64,000 nt of DNA. Origin: Trichoplax adhaerens (taxonomy: Eukaryota; Animalia; Placozoa). The translations under genes were made by a program, and so were the position numbers. The notes under the pieces are model-generated. The model was not told where the DNA came from and made no database searches. It was given only the letters and a program-made list of their open reading frames with translations. The stretch is from positions 372,001 through 436,000 of the forward strand of contig NW_002060961.1 in assembly GCF_000150275.1 (NCBI RefSeq), written 5' to 3'. This document shows, in pieces, positions 1-16,880 of this stretch. The first letter of the stretch is position 1. Each line of letters opens with the position of its first letter.

Positions 1-1094
1 ATTTATTTGCTTTCAAATACTTAAAAATAATATGACTCAAATCCTATAGTAAGCATCGATGTTGAACATGGAGGTAAAAAACGTCCTATCGATCACTTCA
101 TCAAATAACTGATTTATGTATCCTTTAGGCTATGCTATCGATATTGGCCGTAAGAATGATATAAGCAAGAAAGACTTTAAATTAATATACAGCTAGAAGA
201 GATATTATTGAAAACGAGACCTACCGATTGCTTAGGAAAAGAAAGTTCTAAAGCTAGTCGTCTCCTTGGATACTCTTCTTCCGAACACGCGACTGGTAGC
301 GATACGGTCGCTTAAAGATATGGGTTAACTAATCCCCTTTCCAATAGTCTTAAATATTACTTTCGGTTTATGCTGTAGGTAGGAAATTAATGATTTAGTA
401 TAGATCTTACTAAGAGAATAGCAGCAAGTTACTACAATGGTTAATGCTACATTGGATCCATATAATTATCACACGCTGGCATCGCATAGCTACCGATCTA
501 CACTGTAGAAATGGCGGTAAAAGAGGAAAGCCGGCAAGTAGCAAGGAATAATATGTACTCCCTATTTTGGAGTAATGATTTTAGGATGGCTTATTGCCTC
601 TATGGGTTAGCAAGATGATGCAGAACAGTCTGCAACAGCTTGCTCACAGTGTTAATTTAGTATCGTTTGGAAAGAGAATGGACTACAGTTGTTGACATCT
701 CCAGTCTAACAACGAAATTATCCATATCCAACAACTTGTCGTTGGAAATAGCGCTACCTATCGCCAATTTTAGCCTATCATCATACATACCGTGAGCTAA
801 TGGAGTGCTCACTATATTTATCAGAAAGGGAACGATGTTGAATCACGATAGTTAACCTTAATAATTTTGCGGGAGTCGGAGGGGGTAGCGGTAATAGAAT
901 TATTTACGACCAATTTGACATTCTATTAACCGATTGAATAGCAGTTTCCCACCTAACAGAATGAAAAAAATTTCCACTCACTAGGTGATGCTTGAAAGAG
1001 GCTTTCATAATTGGATGTGGCACACAATGAAATGTTCGTCTTATTTATCAGAAAGAATATTGAATGCATATAATATTTGTGATCACTATGACTA

Positions 1095-1500
1095 CCTTTG
1101 AATTTGCAAATTAAAATATCAATGGTAGGCCAGTCTCACGCTAACTACATAGAGCGTTAGCTTTCTACAAGGTTGCATGAAATGAAGTGTTTGCTACTAT
1201 TGATGAACATTCCATCGTTAGATAGAAGGAAATACTCTTCATCTTCTTGGGAAGTGCAATGGCGTCTATTCCATGGAATAAACTTTGATTTTGCAAATTC
1301 AAATATCAATCGTAGGCCTATCCATAAAATCTGAATGGAGCGCTAGCTTGCTATAAGGCTGCATAACAACAACCTACTAGCACGGGTTGATCTATATTTT
1401 ATCATTCTCTAGATTCAAATACTCTTCATATTCTTGCAAAAGTTAATCATATCTACTCGACAGAATAAGTTTTGATTTTGCAAAATAAAATATCAAGCAT
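1095..1500. repeat. Diverged tandem repeat, ~187-bp unit, about 2-3 copies
   Basis: TTTGCAAA(T/A)T(A/C)AAATATCAA recurs at ~1103, ~1290 and ~1478; AATACTCTTCAT-TTCTTG recurs at ~1231 and ~1417. Confidence 0.7.
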
Positions 1501-2054
1501 CAAAGTACTATCCAACTCCGCACTGGATCAAGAATAAATATCTTTAGGTGTGCTCTCTCGAAATACTCTTGAATCTACATAATATCTTGCTAAGCTACTT
1601 TGCTGTATCTTCCTAGGATAGTAGTATTGCACATTAACGATGTACTGCATAAATAGATGTACTGTATATCGATAGATATATGTCCAATTAGTTGTACCTT
1701 GACTACGCCTCTTCACATTAATTACATCATGCCGATTTTAATACCCTTGTATAGAGTGAAAGCGCTATGCAAACTTGGTAGCCATTCGAGAAAGTAGAGG
1801 GCAGCGCTTGATCACTTCTATTTTGCCGCTATTTGCACATGATTGAACTAATACAATAGTAAAAGATTAATTTACCACTCGTATATCACGAGTTGGCTTC
1901 CGTTATAAAAGCTTATTTAAACTTGAACCTTCCGATTTCTGCACCTTCTATTGATCTACACCAAGTATGGATCAATTTATTTCATATCCAGTGCTACCTA
2001 TTATTCTAATCGAAAGTGGAAAACTTCCAGATTTGATAGCACTAAGCAAGGTTC

Positions 2055-2730
2055 AGATAGGAGATTTGAATATCTAAATTGCCGATACTGATCCATCGAT
2101 TTCGCTCCAAAATACCAACGTAGCACAGAATTGTAAGCTACTATTTAAAATTTGAACCATTGGATGGTCGCACGTAAGGTTCAAACAGCGATTTCTCGAT
2201 AAAATAAGAGAAAGGGATTAATTACTTCTTTTATTTTATTATCGAGAAGCCCCTAGTTCAAATAGGAAATTTGAACATTCAACTTACTGAAATTGATCCA
2301 TCTTTCTCCTTCTACTGTACGCATATAATGCCATATTCGTAGACGATTATAATCTATTATTTGAAAATTTAAAGATTGGATAGTAGTAGGCAAGATTGAA
2401 ATTGGAAATTTAAACATTCAAGTTGCCGAGATTGATCCATCTTTCTTGTTGTACAATACGCATATAATGCTATATTCGTAGACGATCATAACCTACTGTA
2501 GTACTTGAAAATTTTAATGATTAAATGGTAGTAAATAAGATCCAAATGGGAAATTTGAACGTCAAAGTTGTGGAGATTAATCCATCTTTTTCGTTCTACA
2601 GTACGCATACAATGCTATATTCGTAGACGATCATAATCTAGTATTTAAAAATCTGATAGATTAGATGGCAAATGGTTAAGATTCAAATAGGGGATTTTAA
2701 TTTCTAACTTGCCGATATGGATCAATCCTT
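2055..2730. repeat. Diverged tandem repeat, ~140-bp unit, 3-5 copies
   Basis: GAAATTT-AAC...TGATCCATCTTT...TACGCATA-AATGC-ATATTCGTAGACGAT block at ~2267, ~2405 and ~2550, with more decayed copies at ~2060 and ~2690. Confidence 0.8.
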
Positions 2731-4654
2731 CCGTGATATAGGAGTGTATATTGTTAGAATCTAATAATATATTATTTAAAAAGTTATAGACTAGACCTCA
2801 TTGTACCAGATTTTTGTATCGTTTTAAACTATTTTAAGTGACTTATATGATTGATATTATAGAAGAGGTAAATTGAGCTCATTTATCATCTGATTTTTTA
2901 TCATTTTTCTCTATTTCTTGGTAGACTCTTAACGACAATGTCGTATGAAAGAAGTAAAGTCTATTTGCAGCATTGATAGGCATCAAACAATGATTTGAAA
3001 GATAGTTCATCATTAGATACAGTCTATCTAAAGACTATCAATAACGCACTTTGAATGCTTATATGCAATGAAATGAAATACGTAGGAATCAAACTACAAA
3101 ACTTCTAACAAACTTTGATTCCACTTTCTTTGCGCTCTGGTCGACTTAACGTAACTTTGACACCAAATAAAAAAAATCGGGGAAACAACCAATCAACAAT
3201 TTATTAAGAAAGCGTGAGAGAGACAGATCAAACAACCTTCCAAATACTTAATGCTACGTATTATAATCGCTTATAAGTGAAGGAAAAAAACAACTACTGA
3301 ACTGAAACTGTCAACAACCTATCAACCTAACAAAAAGAAGAACGTTTTAACTTACAATAGTTCAACTCCGAAGGCCTTTCAAATTCAACAAGATATTCAA
3401 AAGAATCTTTCACTCTCTACTTTCAATTTTCTGATTGGAATCTCAATCCAAGAAATCCGAATTTTATAAAGATTATATAATCGCCTGATTGCATTATCAT
3501 TTATAGGCTTCGCAGAGCCCTCAATAATCATAGTATTTAAAACTAAACATTTATTAACCAATCACTCTTACGATCCATTTTAGAGAGCTACTTTGCGTCA
3601 CTTAAGAAAACAAAAACTATCCAAAGTTCAGATATAATTTACCTTATGATTCCCTTACAAAACACTATAAAACCAACAAACTAACCATAAAATGCAGTAC
3701 ATCAAGCTCCACTTCTAACATAATTCTTAATCATTAATACATTATGAAAGTCTAATAAATTAATCTGTAGTCGTTTAAAGATCAAAATTTAGTCATAAAA
3801 ATAACAAGTCTAACTAATTAACCATCTTAGTTTCTATTTCCTCAATTAAACTTTCCTAATGTAACTTTCATGTCAGTCATAAAATTCCCCATAAAATTCC
3901 TAAGTTTCAAATTCACAACAAAAAGTTCCAATTTCAAAAAATCAACTCTTACAACATTTTCCAAAAATTATATCGGATACAGATCCAACCAGTTCCAGAA
4001 TCTAAATCCCAAAACCGAATTTTATAAAGATCACATAATCGTCAATCAAAAAATTTTATATGACAACTATGACTACTTTTCTGACATTAGTATTGAGGGT
4101 TAATGTTCTAGCATAAAGTTGTACGGTAACTGTACGATTATAACCTACATTGTAGTACTTGACTGTCCTGTTATAAATCCCTTTTCTCTATGGATAGGGC
4201 TTTGTTGCTAAGTCAAATTCATTTAAAATCCCAAAAGACTATCAAGCGCCCTTTCTTTAGATTAGGCGATTGCTCTTAGGTTGTTTGTATAGTAATCTAT
4301 ACAATACCTTGTAAAGTAGTCAAGAAGAAAAGATGGCAACATGATGATTTGGCAGGGTAAAACTTAAAGATACTATCACTTTCTAGTTATTTTCTATAGT
4401 AAAGAAATAATAGTTACATACTAAAAAGCTATAAAGGACTCTGCTTTTTGTCCTTTACCATATATATTCTCATTTATTCTTTAATATATCCAGATTGTCA
4501 AGCGAACTTTCAATGTTGCCCTTGAGATATTTCAATCTGCTTGGTATCATATTTAATTAATAGTATATCCATTCAATTTAAGAATGAATTAATAGATTAA
4601 ATACAAACACTTTGCTATAGTTAGTTACTTCTCATTATGATGCAAGTTATGATA

Positions 4655-5040
4655 ATTCAATTTGAGTACCAATTAATATTTTAATGTCCTATAATAGCTA
4701 ATCAATTCAATATCATGATTGTCTTTCAAAATAGCTATGTTCTATTCATTAAAAGCTAGAAATTGGATCGTTTAACTACGGTTAATCTATTTAGGTCATA
4801 TTATTGATTGAATGCCCTATACTTGTTAAACAGTATATAATATCAATTCGATTTGAGTACCAATTAGCATTTTAGTATCCTATAATAGCTAATCAATTCA
4901 ATATCATGTTTCTCTTTCAGAATAGCCCTATTTTATTCAATAAAAGCTAGAAATTTTATCGTTTTAGATATAGAAATTGAATCTTTTAACTACGATTAAT
5001 CTATTGGATCATATTATTGATTAGATTGCCCTATACTTGA
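4655..5040. repeat. Tandem duplication, ~193-bp unit, 2 copies
   Basis: ATTTGAGTACCAATTA...CCTATAATAGCTAATCAATTCAATATCATG...AAAAGCTAGAAATT...TGCCCTATACTTG at ~4660 and ~4851. Confidence 0.85.
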
Positions 5041-5619
5041 TGAACTCATATTTAAAAAATAATGGCTACTATGGTCGATGCTCTAAAATCATGATCAGTT
5101 TCATCGATAAAATCACATAGAAATTTATTTTTTCAATAAACTGATATAAAAATATACCATCTCTTTCCAGTACAATTTTTTATAGGCTATTATTATAGCT
5201 TTCACTGATGAATGACTCCACAATACTGCTAGCGGTCGCTAAAGATGATTCTAGTAGAACTGTTCCAATAGTCTTTTACCTTGCTTTAGGTACTGCAGCA
5301 ATCTTTTATAATGTAATGTAGAGTACACATATCTAAACTTGGCTACGAGATTAGTAAGGGGGTAGCAACCAATTACTGGATTGATTATCAATACGTTGGA
5401 CGGAAAACTACCCTACTGCAATCGAGTAGAATAAGGGAGTATAGGTACTCTAATATGGCATCGTTAAGCATAGATTCTATACTAATTTCCAAATTGTCTC
5501 TAAATCGATATTTATGGGTGAAAATGAAACGAATATCTGGTCTAGATTGTGCCGCCTTTAATCGCCAAGTAAGAAACAACACTAACCTGTTTTAAAGTAC
5601 TTAGCAGGTTTATACAAGA

Positions 5620-6045
5620 TAGTAGGCAAGAACTTGCTTGAGTGTTAGTATCACATAAATTGCCAATTTGAAGGACATTCTATAATTGCCTATATAATGA
5701 AATGCTCATCATAATCATTAGAAAAGAAAATATGTCGAATTACTATGGCTAATGTTCATTTTTTGAAATGAAAGGAATCACTGGCCCAATTTACTGTATG
5801 TATATCAGATTAACCGAATTGAATAGTAGATTCCTGTATGGGAGTAAGCAAAAACTTGCTTAGAGCGTTGGTATAACACCAAGTGCCAGTTTGAAGGACG
5901 CTTTATAATTGCATATGCAATAAGATGCTTATCATATTCATTGGTCTAATTACTATGGCTAACGTTCATTTTTTGTAGCTAAAGGATTATCATGGGCCCA
6001 GCTTACAGTATATCATGTTAACCGAATTGAATGGCATATTCCTAT
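5620..6045. repeat. Tandem duplication, ~222-bp unit, 2 copies
   Basis: AACTTGCTT...TTTGAAGGAC...AATTACTATGGCTAA-GTTCATTTTTT...TTAACCGAATTGAAT at ~5630 and ~5853. Confidence 0.8.
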
Positions 6046-7219
6046 TCGTCAGCATAAAAGAATCTTATCAAATGGTTGATACAGTGGAAATTGAGTGTAC
6101 TTGATAGATATTTCATAATTAGATACCCTGATATCCATTCCGAAGTGATATTCTTCAGAAAGGGAATAACGCCTGCTAAATATAATTAACTTTGATTTGA
6201 AATAGCGTTAGTGGTCCAGCCTATATCCTATTACTCGAATTTTTCGGATAAATTCTTATGGCGTAGTGTGATAGAACCGTAAATATTGATTTGAAAAATA
6301 TTTCGTAATTAGTTGCAATGAGATATTACATATACGCTTACAACACAGCACGCCATTATCATTTTCGAAGGAATGATGGTATTCATTTCTAGATACATTA
6401 TGGGCAAATTACAGTCCTAGTCACTTTAAGTAATGCCTTTTCTAAATGATTATACCTTTTATCTTTTAATTATGCTCCAATATATCAGAATGATAAACAG
6501 AAGTTGTGACATACCATAGAATTTAATTTAAGGTATACCATCTGTTTCATGTAATATTAAATGGTATTATTAATCGATAAGAATTGAAAATGAAATAAGT
6601 TATTGTACATGCCCAACGATAACTGCTTCTTGCAACAATCAATCAATTCTATGAAATTTAAATTGAATTATAGGTTAGTATTTTAACAATACACGATATA
6701 CAATCAATATCATGTTTATAAATATCATTTACAATATTCGTTTATACTCCTTACAGATCAGAAATAAAGTGATCGGTATATACCAATTCAGTTATTTAAC
6801 CATTAATTCATTAGAGGTAGCTATCAGATAATAATTTACACATTTCCGAACTACTATTGAATAAATGATTATTACGATGGTGGAAAGTTATCAAACTAAT
6901 GCGGATTACAGAATGCGAAAACGTTTTTACTTTAAAGGGATTATTTTATCAATCTACAGAATAGATGATTATTGCTATAATACAAGAGAGTTTGATGATA
7001 TTACAACGGTACAACAAATTATATTGTGGATAAAATTATGTAAGAAATTAATACTTTCAATTTAGGCAGAAATATAAATCCAGGTAAAACTTTCTATAGC
7101 TGTAGTATCTGCAACTAAATAGTAATAACGATAAGTATGGAAAGGTTCTTTTCAGATACTATTGCAATACTGATGGAGAATAACTGTACTGTATATAATA
7201 GTTGATCTATTTTTTATCC

Positions 7220-8335
7220 TTATGGGGTGCTTGAAGTTATAATGGAAACTCTCTCCTCGTGGATAGACGATAAAGAGTAGCCAAAGGGCCATAAAGCAAC
7301 TTTTCCTAATTTAAAATGTTGAAATGACAATGGTATGCATAGAATAGTTGCAAAAAATATTACACCTAGGAGGAAATGCTCGACAGCGAATAAAATCCCA
7401 AAGGGTAGCCAAATTAAGTTGCCGCAAAATAATAGACAATTCTAGGAGGACAATCAATGCAAGGGAGATATTTTTAAAATCAAGAATGGTATATTAAATC
7501 TTCTGGCGTGCATCTTAGCATTAAAAATACAGAAGAGATAAACTTTAAGCCGCTTACTACTAATATCAGTCAATCCATTTTTATAGCTACGTTATTGAGT
7601 TTGAAATGCTATCGTTACGATATGGTGCATCTATTTTAGCGTAGCATCCAACGATAGGGTTGACTATTTTCGATGAGTGCTGCAACTAATTTATCCTATA
7701 GGTGTAATATATATATATATATATATATATATCGCAGCTATAATCCAAGATTTTTTAGCAAGGATTATTATACAAATGCAGTAGCAGTAACATCATAAAG
7801 ACTAACCCCGTCATCTTCCATGGTAAATGGATTTCTGTGAACGATATCCTTGCCAAATGGTAATAGCGTCAACATAGACATCTACATATGAAAGAATTGA
7901 ATGCTATCAATTATTCTCGTTGAAAACGGCTACTAAAGTACTTGTATTGTACTAGCGATTCTACCTTATATTGGAATGCGCGTACAAGTGCTTACGAAAA
8001 GTAAATCTCCTTTTATTAATCTGAATGATATAAAGTAGTAGGGAGCGAAATATTCTAATGGAACTATACCTTTATATCGATTAAATACCACTAACTGGTT
8101 AATCTAGTATGATAACTTTATGAACCTTGAAAATATGTAGAGAATTTTACCTTATGTATAAAACTGTAGGCAAACATACCTTAAAACAAACAAGTCCACA
8201 TGGAATACCGATAATTGTAATGGAGAATAAAAGGCCAAAAAGCAACCATTGAAAAGAGATGAGAAAGCCACCAAAAATTAGCCAAAGAATATTACCACAC
8301 CACTTATTAATAATAGAAAATTGTTCAATGCTCAT
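7220..8335 (-). CDS. Stand-alone YccF-family (inner membrane component, two-repeat) protein, 150 aa, 3 exons (8335-8180, 7881-7807, 7441-7220)
   Basis: Spliced product: MSIEQF...GNILWLIFGGFLISFQWLLFGLLFSITIIGIPCGLVCFK|MSMLTLLPFGKDIV...DDG|NCLLFCGNLIWLPFGILFAVEHFLLGVIFFATILCIPLSFQHFKLGKVALWPFG...STP*. Two copies of the YccF signature N-x-(L/I)-W...TI(I/L)xIP...K...PFG; GT-AG phase-0 introns keep the frame. Confidence 0.88.
7707..7732. repeat. (AT)n microsatellite in YccF intron 2
   Basis: Direct run of about 13 AT units. Confidence 0.95.
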
Positions 8336-8382
8336 TAGTACTCGTAATAGAATCTGCCAAGTCTATTAACGTATACTGTAAT

Positions 8383-9190
8383 CTATCGACTAATTAACAA
8401 ATCATTGGAAGTCAATTAAACATTTCGCTTGTTCTGAGTAATTTTACTTCTTCGATCTTGTTGCGCGTTAATTAATAAGGGTCAATTAACGTAACCAATC
8501 TAAAGTGCAGTATACTGCTGTATTAGAGAAATTGAGGAACTCCCATCTTTCATCTACTACTGATAATAACGTTAATTAATCGCTAATATAAACTAAGATG
8601 AAAGAAAATAAAATGCTCATGGACGTGATTTGCAATAGCCAGTTTAGTAGTGTGATATTAAGTGGCAATAGCATTTAGAATGAATTATCATCCAATTTCA
8701 ATTCTCTATCCATCTCTTTGAAAGTTAGTAAAGTGCTGCGTGCGAATGAGAGTTTGAATGATACTACAGTATTAATTGATGTTCTACTCAGTCCACAGTC
8801 CTATCTTACCAACTGACAAATAAAGATTATTCATCCATTAATTATATAAATATTGAAGGATGAAAAATCGATCAATAACTGTTGTAAAGCTAAGGTGATG
8901 CATTTTTCTCCAGTTTATTAACGTGGTGCTTATCGATTCATTAACAAATCAGTAGAAGTCAATTAAATATCCTATTTTTCTTGAGTGATTTCACTTCTTG
9001 TAATTTATAGTATCTCTTATAAAAGTACAGCATAGGGATTGATCTCTTTCACTTAGTATTGATTCCATGGTTGATAGCACTGTCGTTAATCAATGCCCTA
9101 TTTAAGCGACTAGTTTTATATAACGAAAAAGAAGATATGCGATTTACGCGTGCAATAGCTACTTTAGCAGAGTAATATGAAGTAGTGTTA
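8383..9190. repeat. Diverged ~550-bp duplication immediately upstream of the YccF gene
   Basis: TATCGA...ATTAACAAATCA...GAAGTCAATTAAA...ACTTCTT at 8383 and 8931; TGCAATAGC...TTTAG at ~8631 and ~9151. Confidence 0.65.
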
Positions 9191-9681
9191 GTATGGACGA
9201 TGTTATCTAATGTAAATCGTCTAACAAGCAGAGATCGTAGTATTATTATTTTACAGTGACTATAGGCTATGGATTCAGTTCAAGATGATTAAGTTAGTAA
9301 CGATGACAGATTAAGAATCATTTCTAGCTTACATCGACGGCATCGCGAGAATCGTAATCGTAGGTAATATCAGTTCGAGTAACATAAGCGCCATTTTCTT
9401 GCCTCTGATACATGATGGAAGAGAAAATAGATTGCTGGATACAGTCTATCTAGGTTACGCAGCTAAGATTATGCCTGGCTAGGCCTAGATCGGGAAAAAT
9501 TGTCAATTTGAATGTTAGCGATGAAATGGTCACCAGACGTAAATAATAATACTAATAAATTACGTCTCATTGTAATTAGGTGAAATATAACTAATCCAGT
9601 TGTACGGACTTGGATGCAATCACTCATTGCAACCTAATCCTCACCGAAGTATCAATTTTCTAAATAACCAAACTATGCAAT

Positions 9682-10238
9682 GCAATTCTACTCTTCTTCT
9701 TCCTTATTAATGTACACATTATTATCGAGTAGAATGGATAGAATCGTATAAAATTGTACTTTTTTCACCACGTCGTCATGGCGATCGGTTGTATGCAATC
9801 AACCACTACAGTAGAGTATTTGTTGGCCATGTAGGCCACATTTCCCTCATCGGGTTGAAATAAAGCAATTCTACTCTTCTTCTTCCTTATTAAAGTACAC
9901 ATTATTATCCAGTAGAATGGATAGAATCGTATAAAATTGTACTGTACTTTTTTCACCATGTCGTCATGGCGATCGGTTGTATGGCATCAACCACTACAGT
10001 AGAGTATTTGTTGGCCATGTAGGCCACATTTCCCTCATCGGGTTGAAATATAGCAATTCTACTCTTCTTCTTCCTTATTAAAGTACACATTATTATCCAG
10101 TAGAATGGATAGAATCGTATAAAATTGTGCTTTTTCACCATGTCGTCATGGCGATCGGTTGTATGGCATCAACCACTACAGTAGAGTATTTGGCGGCCAT
10201 GTAGGCCACATTTCCCTCATCGGGTTGAAATAAAGCAT
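9682..10238. repeat. Young tandem repeat, 3 units of 183/188/182 bp
   Basis: Unit starts GCAATTCTACTCTTC at 9682, 9865 and 10053; near-identical copies yield the twin ORFs 9765-9959 and 9953-10141. Confidence 0.95.
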
Positions 10239-10899
10239 TGACTAGGTTACCGACATTGCATTCCATATCTCTAAGATGGCTATGACAAGATATTGCTGAA
10301 ATTTTACCTGTTTACTGCCTCCAAACAACATTGTGCAAGTCTCTCCAGATCCTTTTAGGCGGGTAATGATGATTTTAGATGTCCTGTCAAGATGACATTG
10401 GTGATGATTTTTACCCCTAGTCACTATCATGGCGTTGCAGTGTTTACCTTAATATTGTAGCTCATGTTTGGGTATCTTCCCTATCGGGGTGGAGAGGACT
10501 TTGAAGAGGTTCTTCTAGGTTTTAAAAATACAAACGTAGTGTATACCCAAGTATTTTAGCTCATGTTTGGGTAGCTATACTATTAGAGTACGGATGATGT
10601 CATCGCTTTAACCATCCAAATAGAATTGCAGTGTTTCCCTTAGTCTTTAAGCTCATGTTTGGGTAGTTGCATACTCTGAGTATGGATTTTCTTTATTTTT
10701 GCATAGTGTTGAAAGTATTACTACCGAAACATGACTTCAGATAGTAGTATAATCACTATATGGCTGGAAAGTAAATTGAAACGTCCATCCGCATGCAAGT
10801 ATGTTCCACATAAATAATGGCGTTGAAAATGTCTGTGGGCCTTGGCGTTATGGTACATCAACAGAAGAATTCTTCTTGTACATCAATGGAAGAGTTCTT

Positions 10900-12930
10900 G
10901 TATAGCAGTTTATAGCAGTAGATTGGTATTTTAGATATCTAATAGACAATATTATTTTTTGCACAGCACTATACATATAATATGGGGAATCGTATATTGA
11001 TGTTAAAATTTGTATAGTAGTTTATGGCAGTAGATTGGTATTTTATGCATATAACATACAATATTATTTTTGCACAGCACTGTGCTGTACATAGAATAGC
11101 AGGGGAATCGAATATTAATGTTAAAGTTTGTATAGTAGTTTATGGTAGTAGATTGATATTTTATAGGTGTAATGTACAATATTAATTTGCGCAATACTGA
11201 TCTAGGGGAGTCGTATATTGATGTTAAAATTTATATAGCAGTTTATGGCGCTAGATTGATATTTTATATATCTAATATACTGTACGATATTATTTTTGCA
11301 CAGTACTATACACATAATATAGGGGAATCGTATATTGACGTAAAAACTGGTATAGCAGTTTATGGCAGTAGATTGGTATTATATACATATAATATACAAT
11401 TTTATTTTTACACAGCACTATGTACATATAATATAGGGGAATCTTATATTGATATTAAAATTTGTATAGTAGTTTATTGTAGTAGATTGATATTTTATAC
11501 GTGTAATATACAATATTAATTTGCACAATACTGATCGAGGGGAGTCGTATCTTGATGTTAAAATTTGTACAGCAGTTTATGGCAGTAGATCGATATTTTA
11601 GACATGTAGTATGCAATTTTATTTTTGCACAGCACTATACATACAATATAGGGGAATCGTCTATTGATGTTAAAATTTGTATAGCAGTTTATGGCAGTAG
11701 ATTGGTATTTTATATATGTAATATACAATTTTATTTTTGCACAGCACTATACCGTACATATAATATAGGGGAATCGTCTATTGATGTTAAAATTTGTATA
11801 GCAGTTTATGGTAGTAGATTGGTATATTATATATGTAACATACAATATACACTGATCTAGAGGAATCGTATATTGATGCTGATCCCGTATTTCATACGTA
11901 TGATACGTACATGGGAATCGTCTATTGATGTTAAAATTTGTATAGCAGTTCATGGCAGTAGATCGATATTTTAGACATGTAGTATGCAATTTTATTTTTG
12001 CACAGCACTATACATACAATATAGGGGAATCGTCTATTGATGTTAAAATTTTTATAGCAGTGTATGGTAGTAGATTGGTATTTTATATATGTAGCATACA
12101 ATATACACTGATCTAGAGGAATCGTATATTGATGCTGATCCCGTATTTCACACGTATGATACGTCTATGAGAATCGTCTATTGATGTTAAAATTTATATA
12201 GCAGTTTATGGCAGTAGATCGATATTTTGTACATGTAATATACAACTTTATTTTTACACAGCACTATACTGTACATATAATATAGGGGAATCGTCTATTG
12301 ATGTTAAAATTTGTAGGGGAGTCGTCTACATTAAAATTGGTATAGCAGTTTATGGCAGTAGATCGATATTTTGTACATGTAATATACAACTTTATTTTTA
12401 CACAGCACTATACTGTACATATAATATAGGGGAATCGTCTATTGATGTTAAAATTTGTAGGGGAGTCGTCTACATTAAAATTGGTATAGCAGTTTATGGC
12501 AGTAGATCGATATTTTGTACATGTAATATACAACTTTATTTTTACACAGCACTATACTGTACATATAATATAGGGGAATCGTCTATTGATGTTAAAATTT
12601 GTAGGGGAGTCGTCTACATTAAAATTGGTATAGCAGTTTATGGCAGTAGATCGATATTTTGTACATGTAATATACAACTTTATTTTTACACAGCACTATA
12701 CTGTACATATAATATAGGGGAATCGTCTATTGATGCTAAAATTTGTAGGGGAGTCGTCTACATTAAAATTGGTATAGCAGTTTATGCCAGTCGATGCGTG
12801 GGTATGTAATCGATATTATTAATTGGGACAGCACTGATCTAGGGGAGTCGTCTATTGATCTCGTATTTCATCTATAGAATATAGGGAAGTCGTCTATTAA
12901 TATTAAAATTTGTATAGCAGTTGATGGTAC
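10900..12930. repeat. Minisatellite array: ~110-125-bp units plus four near-perfect 144-bp units (~12197-12786)
   Basis: GGGGAATCGT(A/C)TATTGATGTTAAAATTTGTATAGCAGTTTATGGCAGTAGAT repeated about 16 times; GATATTTTGT at 12221, 12365, 12509 and 12653 (period 144). Confidence 0.95.
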
Positions 12931-13531
12931 AAGCAGGGACTACTAGAAGAGAGAAAAATGGAGTCCTTGTCCCTCTAGTCGTTAGCACTTTCATGATGAC
13001 TGTCGGAAGCCATGATGAAAGTCATGTCTAGATGGGTTGGTGTTGATACAGTAGGTTGACAGTCTAGAATCTGACTAGGTTCTGGTAAGTCATCGTTGTT
13101 GTCTAATGGTCATAATAGGTTGGTGTCCATACAGTAGTCTAAATACATAGTACCTGACTAGACTACTCAAAAGTGATCGTCCAGTATAGAAAATTGCGTC
13201 AGAATACAACACTCCTCATCCATGACTGACTAGGTTGGTGTTCATACACTAGTCTTATGGCATAGAATCTGACTGGACTACTTGCAAATGCTGGTATGGT
13301 CTTGATAGGAAAAGGCACTTTTCCCCCCCCTTTCCTATAGTGTTGGATTGGATGACGCCCAATAACAATGATTTACTATCATCAAGTCTGACCTGATTGC
13401 GTAGTAGGATAGCTAGTATCGCCCATTCCTCTATAGCTATAGCCACGGTAGGACGGCCTACGTTGCCAACAAATGTTGGATGACCAGGCGATTCTACCAG
13501 GAGGAAGAAGAAATAGGAGAAAATTTCAATC

Positions 13532-16880
<3,349 letters not shown>

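Noticed and set aside
50-315. Possible 3' micro-exons of a gene entering from the left (SIDVEHG|GYAIDIG...)
   Set aside because: Several incompatible splice readings, one needing a 43-bp intron; no recognisable protein
105-820. Minus-strand frame lacking TGA, hinting at TAA/TAG reassignment
   Set aside because: TAA/TAG density looks like chance, the peptide is unrecognisable, and real genes here end in TAA or TAG
11003-11989. ORFs with repeated GESYIDVKICIAVYGSRL peptides
   Set aside because: Translations of the minisatellite; stops and frameshifts differ among units
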